From the NCBI GenBank assembly GCA_051294375.1, contig CM119266.1, positions 8,748,089 through 8,796,595 on the forward strand: 48,507 nucleotides of DNA. The letters run 5' to 3'. The position numbers were made by a program, and so were the translations under genes. The notes under the pieces were generated by a model that did no database searches, was not told where the DNA came from, and was given only the letters and a program-made list of their open reading frames with translations. Source of the stretch: Paraspadella gotoi. Lineage: Eukaryota; Animalia; Chaetognatha. Below, piece by piece: positions 34,018 to 47,771 of this stretch. Within the stretch, counting starts at the first letter, position 1. Every line of letters begins with the position of its first letter.

Positions 34018-36692
34018 CAGGGCGGCGAGGCTGTGAGTCGTAAAACAAATGAAATTCAGTGGAATCGCCCACGATTCACGACAATTTATATGCGATTACA
34101 ATCATAACTTTGAAAGTTGTTTCCGCTTTTAGCCCTTCCGAGGGTCGTGCTGTGCCGAGCTGCGTCGGCGGCGTGGGCGGAGGCGGAAGCGGCGGAGGCG
34201 GCAGCGGCAGCGTTGGATCTCGGCGGCCGGAAAGGCGATTATTTTTCCCGCTCTCCGTAAAAAACTGATGATCCCTCGTTTTTCCTCCTTTTATCTCTCG
34301 CTACTTTTTCGAAGTTCTTTGTCCATAAATCGTTTTTTCGAACTGTACTCTCTCCTTTTCAAGCGAACCTTTCAATAAAAAAGTTATTAAAAAAAGTTGA
34401 CATAGCATAAATAATCAGTTTTTTATATATATTAACAAAAAAAAAACCTCACAAAGCATCGAATGCTGGCTGGCAACTCGTCTTCAATTCTGGCTGGATA
34501 CATTAGGGAAGAGGGGTGTACGTGCAACCAACCGCCATTGGAATTGAGGGTGAGTTTGTGGTTCAGGTCTGGTCGCGGTAAAGTTTACGGCACGAGAGAA
34601 CCCAATCCGGCCTTATTTTCCAATAACGCCCCGTTTTATCTTAAATTAGGAATAAAGTTAATTTTTTAAAGTTAATGATTAGGTTAAAGGTTAAGGATTA
34701 GGTTAAAGGTTAAGGATTAGGTTAAAGGTTAATGATTAGGTTAAAGGTTAAGGATTAGGTTAAAGGTTAAGGATTAGGTTAAAGGTTAAGGATTAGGTTA
34801 AAGGTTAAGGATTAGGTTAAAGGTTAAGGATTAGGTTAGGGATTAAGGTTCAGGTTTAGGTTAAAGACTTGGCTTTTTTTATTAGGATTAGGATTGGGGT
34901 TCATAACTAGTCTTTGGGTTAAGGTTATAGTTAGAAATTAGAGATAAAGTTAAGGGTTAATTTATAAATTTAAAAACGTAATGAAAAAAGTATGAATTTG
35001 ATTTAATAACAAATTTTTATTTTCGCTAAAAAATAAATATATTTTAGCTTTTTAATTTTAAGCCTTTAACATTTCCGTTTTCTATTAAAAATAAAAATTT
35101 GTTGCTGAATCAAATTCATATTCTTTTCACTAAATCTAATTATGTAACAAATTAAAAGGATCATCACACAAAATTTAAAAATATATTCAGGTTAAATATT
35201 ATGGTTAAAATTAAACTCCTAGATAAACGAACAGAAAATGGGGCACTCTCCGGAAAAGAGAGCCCGAAGAGACCCACTTAGGAGTGTTTCCGTTCGGAAT
35301 TCTAGATTCTCGGAGATTGCCCGCTGCGGTGTCTAACTCCCCCCCCCCACCCGCTACCCGTCCCCCCCCCCTTAACCCCGTCGGGATCTAGATTTCCTTT
35401 TAAAAGCCTCATTAGGAGTCGAAGAAGGTTAAGAAATTCGTGCGGCTGTCGAGAAGAATTATACCGATCGATTAAGGAATACATTTAGACTTTTTAGTAA
35501 TTATATCTTACTTTCTTTAAAAAAGAATAACAAACTGCAAATTCTATTGAAAATTCGTGTCCTAAAATTCTCGATAGTTAATCCCGCTACGGCCGAGTAA
35601 TACAGAATTTTGCGACGTTTTCAAATGAAAAATTAGCTGTTATATTATTAAAAAAAAAAAAACTATAGACTTATTAAAAAATTCCGAGGACCTTCGAATT
35701 TTTTTTTTTTTTTTTCAAAATGGAAAATCCGAATATATTTTAGAAATTTCCGAAGTTTCTCGGAGACTTTGTAATCTTAAAATTCCGTAATTAAACAAAG
35801 AATGAATTATTTTTAAATTTTTAAACTTCATTCGTGAGCCGATTTATTTTTATTTTCTTAAAAAACTTTTCTCCAGTATTCTTCTCCTCTTTCCGGCGTC
35901 ACGATGACTTTGGGAGGATCAGTAGTTTTGCGGTCAGTTTAGTTTTTAAATATTAGCCGGATTATCTGTTTGTTTTTAAATATTAGCCGGATTATCTGTT
36001 TGCTTTTAAATATTCGCCGGATTAATTGTTATGTTTTAAATCTTAGCTGAATTCACTGTTTAGTTTTTAAATATTAGCCGGATTCTAGTTTTGTTTTTAG
36101 ATCTTAGCTGATTCACTGTTTGTTTTTAAAAATCAGTCTGATTTACTGTTTCTTTTTTAAAATTGTTGTTTTTAAAACTTAGTCCGATTCAAAGTTTTGT
36201 TTTTAAATTTTAGTCGTCAGCCGAATTCGCTATTTTGCTTTTAATTTTGGCTCCTTACCTTCTCTTATTTTTCGTCTTTTATTGTTTCTTATTCGCCCTT
36301 CAACATCTAAGTTTCTTTGTAAACGTTTCTCTCATCTACTCTTTCCACGCCTTGCCCCCTGACTCACTTTACGGCGGAGATTAGGAAGGATTCGAACAAT
36401 AACATCGGAATCAGCATCGGGGGCGGATTCCCCTGTCCCTCTCTCTACGTCGTCAGGTGTGAGAATATTTAATCTAACAGATCCATGTAGTTCTTAAATA
36501 ATATACATATATGTTGTCGCTTCAGTCTTTTTTTATCAGTGTGCCTTTTCGTTTTTATTAGTTTGTATGTTTGTTTTATTTTTATATCTTCCATCCATCT
36601 ATTCATTCACCCATTAATTTATTTCAGTCATTCACTCATTCATTCATTTTTTTTACTTTTGGTTTCTCATTTTCTTTTAAAAATCTCTTCCC

Positions 36693-36772
<80 letters not shown>

Positions 36773-39008
36773 ATCTCCCCCTTTTCTCCACCTCCCCACC
36801 TCCTTCGCTCGATTCTCTCTCAAATCTCTCCCGGCGTCAGGTATTCGATCGAACCCCAGCTGCCCTCGATGGAACTTTGGAATCCGGAGACGAAATTACG
36901 GGCATCAATGGAAAGACGGTCAAAGGGATGACTAAGGTCGGATTGAGAGGGTGGGGATATTTGGGAGAGATGGAGAGGGAGAGGGGGAGGAGGGACGGGA
37001 TAGGGAGGGAGAGAGAAGTTGGAGGGAGCAGAGAGAGAGAGAGAGAGAGAGAGATGGGGGAGTGAAACAGAGAAATAAAGAGGATTAAGTAGATATAAAG
37101 TGTGAAAAAGGAAGAAAATGACGAGAAGAAAAAATAAAATAAAAGAAAAAAGATAAGATTAAAAAAGAAAAGGAGAAAGAAATGAAAAGAAAAGAAAAGA
37201 AAAGAAAAGAAAAGAAAAGAAAAGAAAAGAAAAGAAAAGAAAAGAAAAGAAAAGAAAGAAAAGAAAGAAAAAAGAAAAGAAAGAAAAGAAAAGAAAAGAA
37301 AGAAAGAAAAGAAAAGAAAAGAAAAGAAAAAAGAAGGAACAGTAAGAAAGGAAACAATAAGAAAGTAAGGAGAAAAACGAGACAACAAATAAAAAATACT
37401 GACGATGACTATGAGATAGAAAATGGCGTAACAGATACAGAGAGATACACATTACACACACACACACACCACACCACACACAACAAACATACAGATAAAT
37501 TACAACATAACAACATAGTGAGATATCCATTTTGATCCATCCACCCTTCCTTTTTCCCAACCCTCGCCTCTTCACAACCAGGTGGAACTGGCCCGTCACA
37601 TCCACGCCCTCAGCGGCGGAGTCAGGATTCACTACAACAAACTCAATCTGGACTCGAATTTGTTGGGCGCATCCGTCGAGATCGGTGAGGAAAGAGGGGG
37701 GCGGTGGGGGGGGGGGAGAGGAATTTATTCGGGGGTCGTCTTTTGTTTTGTTTTTGTTTTAGTTTACTTCATTGTTCATCTTTTAATTATATCCCCGTTC
37801 GTCCCCGTCGCTAAAAATAGCATTCTCCGTTTTTGGATGGATCTTTGGTTTAATAACCGTGTTTTCGTTGAAGCTTGCGGTTCGTTCTTTATCATTTCCA
37901 TTATTATTTGTTTGATATTTTTTTTTGGTTCATAGTTACTTTCTTTTCGTTCCCGTGTCATCTGTAAATTCCTTTGCTCTTTTTTTTTATTTCAATTTTA
38001 GATTTTATTCATTTTTACCCTGAATTCTACCATTACTTTCGTTATACATCTAATTCCCTTTCTTTTTAATCTCTCCTTCTTACTTCATCTTCCCCTTTTT
38101 TTACTTCATTTCTTTCCTTCTTCCTTTCTTTATTTCCTTCTTTCTTTTCCTTTTTTCGTTCCTTCTTTTTCCCTTTTGTCCTTCCTTCTTTCTTTTCCCT
38201 TTCTTTATTTCTTCTCTTCTTTTGTTCCGTCTTCATTTTTCCTTTCTTCTTTCTCTCTTTTCTTTTCCCCTACTTTCTGCCCTCCCTTTCTCTCTTCATA
38301 CCTTCCTTGCTTCCTTCCTTCTTTCCTTTCTTCTTTCTTTCCTTCTTTTCTTACTCCTTTCTTTCCTCTTTTCCTACCTCCTTCCTTCCTCCTTCCCTCT
38401 TTCCTCCTCCTTTCCTTCCTCCTTTCCTTTCTTCTTTCCTTCCTCCTTTCCTCCAGCGGTGAAGAAAGTGAAGCATCGAATCGTAGAGAAGATGCAGCCT
38501 TCGACCGCCGATCTTTTGGGGCTCAGGCAAGTGAGGGGAGCGGGCAGCGTGGGAAAAGGTGGTAGGGCAGCCGGGGAAAAGTGGGGCAGGCGGCGGCGGA
38601 AAAGGCGGTGCGGGCAGCGGCAGCTTCAGGAAAAAGTGGAACGGGCAGAGGAGGCGTCGAGCCAAGGAAGTCTAGTCAAGGGTGTCAGGGCAAGAGTCTC
38701 TGAGGTATGTATCTATCTATTGGTTAGTCTCTATCTATGCTCTCGTCAGGGAAGAGAGGTAAGTAATACTAAGTATGTGATGGTAATTTAGGAAAACAGG
38801 GAAAAAAGGGAGTAAAAAAGGGAGTAAGGGGACATAAAAATTAGGAGAAGGAAGACGAGAGACGTGAAGTGTATTGTGAAGCCGATCTCCAAGACCCGAT
38901 CCGTGACTCGGGGATGAGGAGGAGGGGACGACGAGGGAGGAGGAGGAGGAGGAGACGTTGAGAGGGAAAAGAGAAGACCCGGGGGGAGAGAAAATGTCCT
39001 GGCGGTAG
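31088..39008 (+). repeat. Unit 1 of an exact direct duplication (offset 8283 nt)
   Basis: ORFs recur with identical translation at +8283 (31109/39392, 38222/46505). Confidence 0.97.
35877..38526 (+). CDS. PICK1: Second, 5'-partial copy of PICK1: exons 35877-35932, 36385-36456, 36841-36936, 37582-37684, 38457-38526. Probably an alternate haplotype or assembly duplicate
   Basis: 34497-39008 is the reverse complement of 8146-3643 with scattered indels and the same splice sites. Exon 2 lacks one C (gtcgtcag vs gtcgtccag); exon 4 is intact. Confidence 0.85.
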
Positions 39009-39146
39009 CAGCGCGGCATGTCGTTTAAAGGGTCGTATTTTTACATCATCGTCGAGCCAACGAATTAACTCTTGTTACCATGGTTACCGAGNNNNNNNNN
39101 NNNNNNNNNNNNNNNNGGGAGGGTTTAACCTTTGCTTTGTCGTGCT

Positions 39147-39177
<31 letters not shown>

Positions 39178-39370
39178 CTCTCTCTCCATTCTCTCTCTCT
39201 TCTCTCTCTCTCTCTCTCTCTCTCTCCCGTAAAATAAAAAAGTGAATGGGATCGAGTTCCAATATCACCGACGCCAGATGTCTACATTCTCGTAACCATG
39301 GTAACAAGAGTTAATTCGTTGGCTCGACGATGATGTAAAAATACGACCCTTTAAACGACATGCCGCGCTG

Positions 39371-40523
39371 GGGGGGGAGAGGGGATGAAGGGTGGGCATT
39401 GGCTGGTGTGAGATTTCATCGACTGAAAAACTCAGTTGCGAATCACGGGCGAAAAAAAAGTGGTTACGAGCGGATTTTTTTAAGTTTAAAATCGCTCTCG
39501 CGTTCGTTGTTGTTATTGATGACGATGATGATGATGATGACGATGATGATGATGATGACGATGATGATGATGATGATATGATGATGATGACGATGACGAC
39601 GATGGTTTCAGATGATAACGGCGATGACGACGACAAAGACCAATGCGAAGATGACGTCAGCAACTTTCCTGTCGGCCATAAATTTTAAGATTTGTGAAAG
39701 GGCGAAGGTCTGCAGATATAACCGGCGCCATTGATGCGGTCGATTCGCGGTCGCGCATTTTCGCCCCGCGGTCAAAGTGGATCATTCATTTTCGGTCACT
39801 CGAAAAAATTCTCTCGAAACGCTCAGATTGGCCGACTACATTTTTCTTGTCAGGAATATGAATCAGTTTTCGAATCGTGCATTATTAAATTTTGTAGTAT
39901 AAAAAATAATCTTATGATATGTTAAAAATATCAACAAACAAAAAAAAATATGTAGGAAAACGAAGATGCTTTTAATCGGGCGACAACCATTATCGTTTTC
40001 TAATTTAATGGCAACGAACAGAAAAAGACAATACAAATTACAATGTGTAAAATAATGTCAAAATGTCTCTTCTTTCATCACCAACGCCGCCCCGTTGTAG
40101 AAAGTGTCTCACCGAAAGAAACAATGGTCTTTCTTGAAAAGAGAGAAAGGGAAGGGATGCGAGGAGCGATAACAACACGTGTCTTTTACGACTTACCCAG
40201 GGGGAAAGTTAAAAACGAGTACTGTTTGTCTTAAAAAAAAAAATCTGAAAAACTCTCTGTGTTAAATATTTAATTCTTTTTAAAACTAATGTCTTAATCA
40301 TTATCGGTCAAAGATATTCGAAAACTCTGTAGTTATATTGACGAAAAGCAAATCATAAATATTATTTTATTATTCATTTATTATTTTATTTTATCTTAAA
40401 TTTTTTAATCCATTCAACTGTATTTTAATTTTAAAAAAAATTAATTATATTATTTTCATTCAGTTTATACTAGACAATAGCGAACGAATTTTTGTGTGGC
40501 AAGATTGTATTTTTCAATCTGTC

Positions 40524-40559
<36 letters not shown>

Positions 40560-41817
40560 CATTATTCCTCCCGCTTTCGACTTTTTTATGTAGCTTAATC
40601 TTTGTGTCTATCTGTCTCTCAGTCACTGTCTCTCTCTCTCTCTCTGACTTTTTAGAATAAAAGAAGTTGAGTTGTTACAAGTCTCTGGAGTGCGAACCGC
40701 GCGGCCGTTTTGTGGTTTAATGCGGCAAAGAAAAAGCAATTTTAAGATCGGAGTACGAGGAGGAGGTGGTGTAGGAGGAGGAGGTGAGTAGGAGGAGTGG
40801 AGGTGGAGTAGTAGGAGGTGGATGAGGAGGAGAAGGTGGAGGTGGAGTAAGAGGAGGAGGTGGAGTGGCAAGAGAAGATGGATGGAGAAAGGAGAGGAAT
40901 ATGGGGGAAAGAGTAGAGTGAATAGAGAAATGGAGCTCATAGGAATCACAAAAGAGAAGAGAGAGATTTGCAGTGTGGAGAAAAATAAGCTATGAAATTG
41001 GTACAACAATATAAAAATTATCCAATCATTTAACTAATAAGCTATTTTTCCCCTGACATTGGGCAGGCTTTGGTGGTTTAAGGCCTCCATCACTCTTACT
41101 AGATAATAGCAGGTCCCTGCAAGGTTTCAGTCAGGACTCTCTCACAGTCTTGTTTTAACTCGCTCCCAGAGTGTCTGGTTTCCCTATCAATGAAGTGGTA
41201 TAATATGTATTATGTATAATATGTAAGAACTGGAATACATAAAAATGGAATAGGTGAAACTAAGTAACCTAAAGAACTGGAATAAATGAAACTGAAATAT
41301 CTGACACTAAATAGCTAAGAACTGGAATAATTTCAACTAGAATAGCTGGGAATAAATAACCTAAGAACATGAATAATTAAACAAGAATAGCTGGGAATAA
41401 ATAACCTAAGAACAGGAATAAATTAAACTAGAATAGCTGGGAATAAATAACCCAAGAACTGGAATAAATAAAACAAGAATAGCTGGAACTAGCGAGCTAA
41501 GAATTGGAATAAATGATATTGGAATAGCCTTAACAAAATAACCAAGAACTTTAAAAAATCAAACAGAATTAAAGCTGGAAATAAATATGTAGCTAAGAAC
41601 TGGCACTAAATAACCCAAGAAACTTTAAATAAGCTAAGAAGTAAGAACTGTAATAAAGAATGGAGGGGTAGCGAAAGGACTGGAAAAGTTCTTATGGGTT
41701 GAGCAATAGAAGGAGAAAAAGTAGGGCAAAAGGGACTCGTCCCAAAAAAAGTGAAATTCATGGCCAAAGTGAAAAACATGGAAAAAACATGGCAGTGAGT
41801 GAGAGGAGAGAAAGAAA

Positions 41818-41892
<75 letters not shown>

Positions 41893-42023
41893 TGTGTGAG
41901 AGAGAGTAGACAAAAATACGTAGAAAAGAATTAAACAAAGACGGGGTTCTATTTTTATTTAAAGTTTTGGTTTGATATACGTGGAGGGAAATCGGGAAGC
42001 ATTCTAATTGCTCAATAGGAGTT

Positions 42024-42114
<91 letters not shown>

Positions 42115-42217
42115 GATGTTGCGTAATGAAGAAAAACGATCGTTCAGTCGAAGGTTTCGTGATTTCGTGAACGACCTTTTCTAGTCCTCGTTTGTTTCAA
42201 CCCTGACAACCTTTTCC

Positions 42218-42300
<83 letters not shown>

Positions 42301-44975
42301 CAGGGCGGCGAGGCTGTGAGTCGTAAAACAAATGAAATTCAGTGGAATCGCCCACGATTCACGACAATTTATATGCGATTACAATCATAACTTTGAAAGT
42401 TGTTTCCGCTTTTAGCCCTTCCGAGGGTCGTGCTGTGCCGAGCTGCGTCGGCGGCGTGGGCGGAGGCGGAAGCGGCGGAGGCGGCAGCGGCAGCGTTGGA
42501 TCTCGGCGGCCGGAAAGGCGATTATTTTTCCCGCTCTCCGTAAAAAACTGATGATCCCTCGTTTTTCCTCCTTTTATCTCTCGCTACTTTTTCGAAGTTC
42601 TTTGTCCATAAATCGTTTTTTCGAACTGTACTCTCTCCTTTTCAAGCGAACCTTTCAATAAAAAAGTTATTAAAAAAAGTTGACATAGCATAAATAATCA
42701 GTTTTTTATATATATTAACAAAAAAAAAACCTCACAAAGCATCGAATGCTGGCTGGCAACTCGTCTTCAATTCTGGCTGGATACATTAGGGAAGAGGGGT
42801 GTACGTGCAACCAACCGCCATTGGAATTGAGGGTGAGTTTGTGGTTCAGGTCTGGTCGCGGTAAAGTTTACGGCACGAGAGAACCCAATCCGGCCTTATT
42901 TTCCAATAACGCCCCGTTTTATCTTAAATTAGGAATAAAGTTAATTTTTTAAAGTTAATGATTAGGTTAAAGGTTAAGGATTAGGTTAAAGGTTAAGGAT
43001 TAGGTTAAAGGTTAATGATTAGGTTAAAGGTTAAGGATTAGGTTAAAGGTTAAGGATTAGGTTAAAGGTTAAGGATTAGGTTAAAGGTTAAGGATTAGGT
43101 TAAAGGTTAAGGATTAGGTTAGGGATTAAGGTTCAGGTTTAGGTTAAAGACTTGGCTTTTTTTATTAGGATTAGGATTGGGGTTCATAACTAGTCTTTGG
43201 GTTAAGGTTATAGTTAGAAATTAGAGATAAAGTTAAGGGTTAATTTATAAATTTAAAAACGTAATGAAAAAAGTATGAATTTGATTTAATAACAAATTTT
43301 TATTTTCGCTAAAAAATAAATATATTTTAGCTTTTTAATTTTAAGCCTTTAACATTTCCGTTTTCTATTAAAAATAAAAATTTGTTGCTGAATCAAATTC
43401 ATATTCTTTTCACTAAATCTAATTATGTAACAAATTAAAAGGATCATCACACAAAATTTAAAAATATATTCAGGTTAAATATTATGGTTAAAATTAAACT
43501 CCTAGATAAACGAACAGAAAATGGGGCACTCTCCGGAAAAGAGAGCCCGAAGAGACCCACTTAGGAGTGTTTCCGTTCGGAATTCTAGATTCTCGGAGAT
43601 TGCCCGCTGCGGTGTCTAACTCCCCCCCCCCACCCGCTACCCGTCCCCCCCCCCTTAACCCCGTCGGGATCTAGATTTCCTTTTAAAAGCCTCATTAGGA
43701 GTCGAAGAAGGTTAAGAAATTCGTGCGGCTGTCGAGAAGAATTATACCGATCGATTAAGGAATACATTTAGACTTTTTAGTAATTATATCTTACTTTCTT
43801 TAAAAAAGAATAACAAACTGCAAATTCTATTGAAAATTCGTGTCCTAAAATTCTCGATAGTTAATCCCGCTACGGCCGAGTAATACAGAATTTTGCGACG
43901 TTTTCAAATGAAAAATTAGCTGTTATATTATTAAAAAAAAAAAAACTATAGACTTATTAAAAAATTCCGAGGACCTTCGAATTTTTTTTTTTTTTTTTCA
44001 AAATGGAAAATCCGAATATATTTTAGAAATTTCCGAAGTTTCTCGGAGACTTTGTAATCTTAAAATTCCGTAATTAAACAAAGAATGAATTATTTTTAAA
44101 TTTTTAAACTTCATTCGTGAGCCGATTTATTTTTATTTTCTTAAAAAACTTTTCTCCAGTATTCTTCTCCTCTTTCCGGCGTCACGATGACTTTGGGAGG
44201 ATCAGTAGTTTTGCGGTCAGTTTAGTTTTTAAATATTAGCCGGATTATCTGTTTGTTTTTAAATATTAGCCGGATTATCTGTTTGCTTTTAAATATTCGC
44301 CGGATTAATTGTTATGTTTTAAATCTTAGCTGAATTCACTGTTTAGTTTTTAAATATTAGCCGGATTCTAGTTTTGTTTTTAGATCTTAGCTGATTCACT
44401 GTTTGTTTTTAAAAATCAGTCTGATTTACTGTTTCTTTTTTAAAATTGTTGTTTTTAAAACTTAGTCCGATTCAAAGTTTTGTTTTTAAATTTTAGTCGT
44501 CAGCCGAATTCGCTATTTTGCTTTTAATTTTGGCTCCTTACCTTCTCTTATTTTTCGTCTTTTATTGTTTCTTATTCGCCCTTCAACATCTAAGTTTCTT
44601 TGTAAACGTTTCTCTCATCTACTCTTTCCACGCCTTGCCCCCTGACTCACTTTACGGCGGAGATTAGGAAGGATTCGAACAATAACATCGGAATCAGCAT
44701 CGGGGGCGGATTCCCCTGTCCCTCTCTCTACGTCGTCAGGTGTGAGAATATTTAATCTAACAGATCCATGTAGTTCTTAAATAATATACATATATGTTGT
44801 CGCTTCAGTCTTTTTTTATCAGTGTGCCTTTTCGTTTTTATTAGTTTGTATGTTTGTTTTATTTTTATATCTTCCATCCATCTATTCATTCACCCATTAA
44901 TTTATTTCAGTCATTCACTCATTCATTCATTTTTTTTACTTTTGGTTTCTCATTTTCTTTTAAAAATCTCTTCCC

Positions 44976-45055
<80 letters not shown>

Positions 45056-47291
45056 ATCTCCCCCTTTTCTCCACCTCCCCACCTCCTTCGCTCGATTCTC
45101 TCTCAAATCTCTCCCGGCGTCAGGTATTCGATCGAACCCCAGCTGCCCTCGATGGAACTTTGGAATCCGGAGACGAAATTACGGGCATCAATGGAAAGAC
45201 GGTCAAAGGGATGACTAAGGTCGGATTGAGAGGGTGGGGATATTTGGGAGAGATGGAGAGGGAGAGGGGGAGGAGGGACGGGATAGGGAGGGAGAGAGAA
45301 GTTGGAGGGAGCAGAGAGAGAGAGAGAGAGAGAGAGATGGGGGAGTGAAACAGAGAAATAAAGAGGATTAAGTAGATATAAAGTGTGAAAAAGGAAGAAA
45401 ATGACGAGAAGAAAAAATAAAATAAAAGAAAAAAGATAAGATTAAAAAAGAAAAGGAGAAAGAAATGAAAAGAAAAGAAAAGAAAAGAAAAGAAAAGAAA
45501 AGAAAAGAAAAGAAAAGAAAAGAAAAGAAAAGAAAAGAAAGAAAAGAAAGAAAAAAGAAAAGAAAGAAAAGAAAAGAAAAGAAAGAAAGAAAAGAAAAGA
45601 AAAGAAAAGAAAAAAGAAGGAACAGTAAGAAAGGAAACAATAAGAAAGTAAGGAGAAAAACGAGACAACAAATAAAAAATACTGACGATGACTATGAGAT
45701 AGAAAATGGCGTAACAGATACAGAGAGATACACATTACACACACACACACACCACACCACACACAACAAACATACAGATAAATTACAACATAACAACATA
45801 GTGAGATATCCATTTTGATCCATCCACCCTTCCTTTTTCCCAACCCTCGCCTCTTCACAACCAGGTGGAACTGGCCCGTCACATCCACGCCCTCAGCGGC
45901 GGAGTCAGGATTCACTACAACAAACTCAATCTGGACTCGAATTTGTTGGGCGCATCCGTCGAGATCGGTGAGGAAAGAGGGGGGCGGTGGGGGGGGGGGA
46001 GAGGAATTTATTCGGGGGTCGTCTTTTGTTTTGTTTTTGTTTTAGTTTACTTCATTGTTCATCTTTTAATTATATCCCCGTTCGTCCCCGTCGCTAAAAA
46101 TAGCATTCTCCGTTTTTGGATGGATCTTTGGTTTAATAACCGTGTTTTCGTTGAAGCTTGCGGTTCGTTCTTTATCATTTCCATTATTATTTGTTTGATA
46201 TTTTTTTTTGGTTCATAGTTACTTTCTTTTCGTTCCCGTGTCATCTGTAAATTCCTTTGCTCTTTTTTTTTATTTCAATTTTAGATTTTATTCATTTTTA
46301 CCCTGAATTCTACCATTACTTTCGTTATACATCTAATTCCCTTTCTTTTTAATCTCTCCTTCTTACTTCATCTTCCCCTTTTTTTACTTCATTTCTTTCC
46401 TTCTTCCTTTCTTTATTTCCTTCTTTCTTTTCCTTTTTTCGTTCCTTCTTTTTCCCTTTTGTCCTTCCTTCTTTCTTTTCCCTTTCTTTATTTCTTCTCT
46501 TCTTTTGTTCCGTCTTCATTTTTCCTTTCTTCTTTCTCTCTTTTCTTTTCCCCTACTTTCTGCCCTCCCTTTCTCTCTTCATACCTTCCTTGCTTCCTTC
46601 CTTCTTTCCTTTCTTCTTTCTTTCCTTCTTTTCTTACTCCTTTCTTTCCTCTTTTCCTACCTCCTTCCTTCCTCCTTCCCTCTTTCCTCCTCCTTTCCTT
46701 CCTCCTTTCCTTTCTTCTTTCCTTCCTCCTTTCCTCCAGCGGTGAAGAAAGTGAAGCATCGAATCGTAGAGAAGATGCAGCCTTCGACCGCCGATCTTTT
46801 GGGGCTCAGGCAAGTGAGGGGAGCGGGCAGCGTGGGAAAAGGTGGTAGGGCAGCCGGGGAAAAGTGGGGCAGGCGGCGGCGGAAAAGGCGGTGCGGGCAG
46901 CGGCAGCTTCAGGAAAAAGTGGAACGGGCAGAGGAGGCGTCGAGCCAAGGAAGTCTAGTCAAGGGTGTCAGGGCAAGAGTCTCTGAGGTATGTATCTATC
47001 TATTGGTTAGTCTCTATCTATGCTCTCGTCAGGGAAGAGAGGTAAGTAATACTAAGTATGTGATGGTAATTTAGGAAAACAGGGAAAAAAGGGAGTAAAA
47101 AAGGGAGTAAGGGGACATAAAAATTAGGAGAAGGAAGACGAGAGACGTGAAGTGTATTGTGAAGCCGATCTCCAAGACCCGATCCGTGACTCGGGGATGA
47201 GGAGGAGGGGACGACGAGGGAGGAGGAGGAGGAGGAGACGTTGAGAGGGAAAAGAGAAGACCCGGGGGGAGAGAAAATGTCCTGGCGGTAG
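39371..47291 (+). repeat. Unit 2 of the exact direct duplication
   Basis: Same as 31088-39008; both end at ...tcctggcggtag. Confidence 0.97.
44160..46809 (+). CDS. PICK1: Third, 5'-partial copy of PICK1: exons 44160-44215, 44668-44739, 45124-45219, 45865-45967, 46740-46809. Duplicate of the second copy
   Basis: Same as the second copy shifted by 8283 nt, including the exon 2 deletion. Confidence 0.85.
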
Positions 47292-47644
47292 GGATTTTGA
47301 AGAGTGAATCTAGTAGATAATAAGTAGATTTATAGTGCGAGAGTGCACTTTGCTCTTTGCACTTTGCGATTTGCATAAAACAAACACACTATATGGCAAA
47401 ACAATGCAAGAATAAAAAAAAAATTGTTTTTAAATGATTTTCTATAGCGTTCATTCATGCATTCATTCAATTATTTTATAAAAACCGTGAATATTTTGTA
47501 CAAAGAGAGGTCCGGAAAATGCCGCAAGGTGCTTTCACCTGAGACTGATCGAGGAAAAAAAGTAAAGGACGAAGAAAGAAAAATTGGAACTAAAAGAGGA
47601 TTCTGCTAGAGTAAGAAAGAAAGAAAGAAAAAAAGAAAAAAGAC

Positions 47645-47735
<91 letters not shown>

Positions 47736-47739
47736 AAAA

Positions 47740-47771
<32 letters not shown>

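Noticed and set aside
31320-34220. DDDDK (FLAG/enterokinase-like) and GGGGSGGGGS (linker-like) peptides suggesting vector DNA
   Set aside because: Both arise from native trinucleotide-like repeats, and there is no other vector sequence.
35877-46809. A genuine PICK1 gene-family expansion
   Set aside because: Introns and intergenic DNA are near-identical, both copies truncate at the same base, and the junctions show assembly signatures. It cannot be fully excluded without reads.
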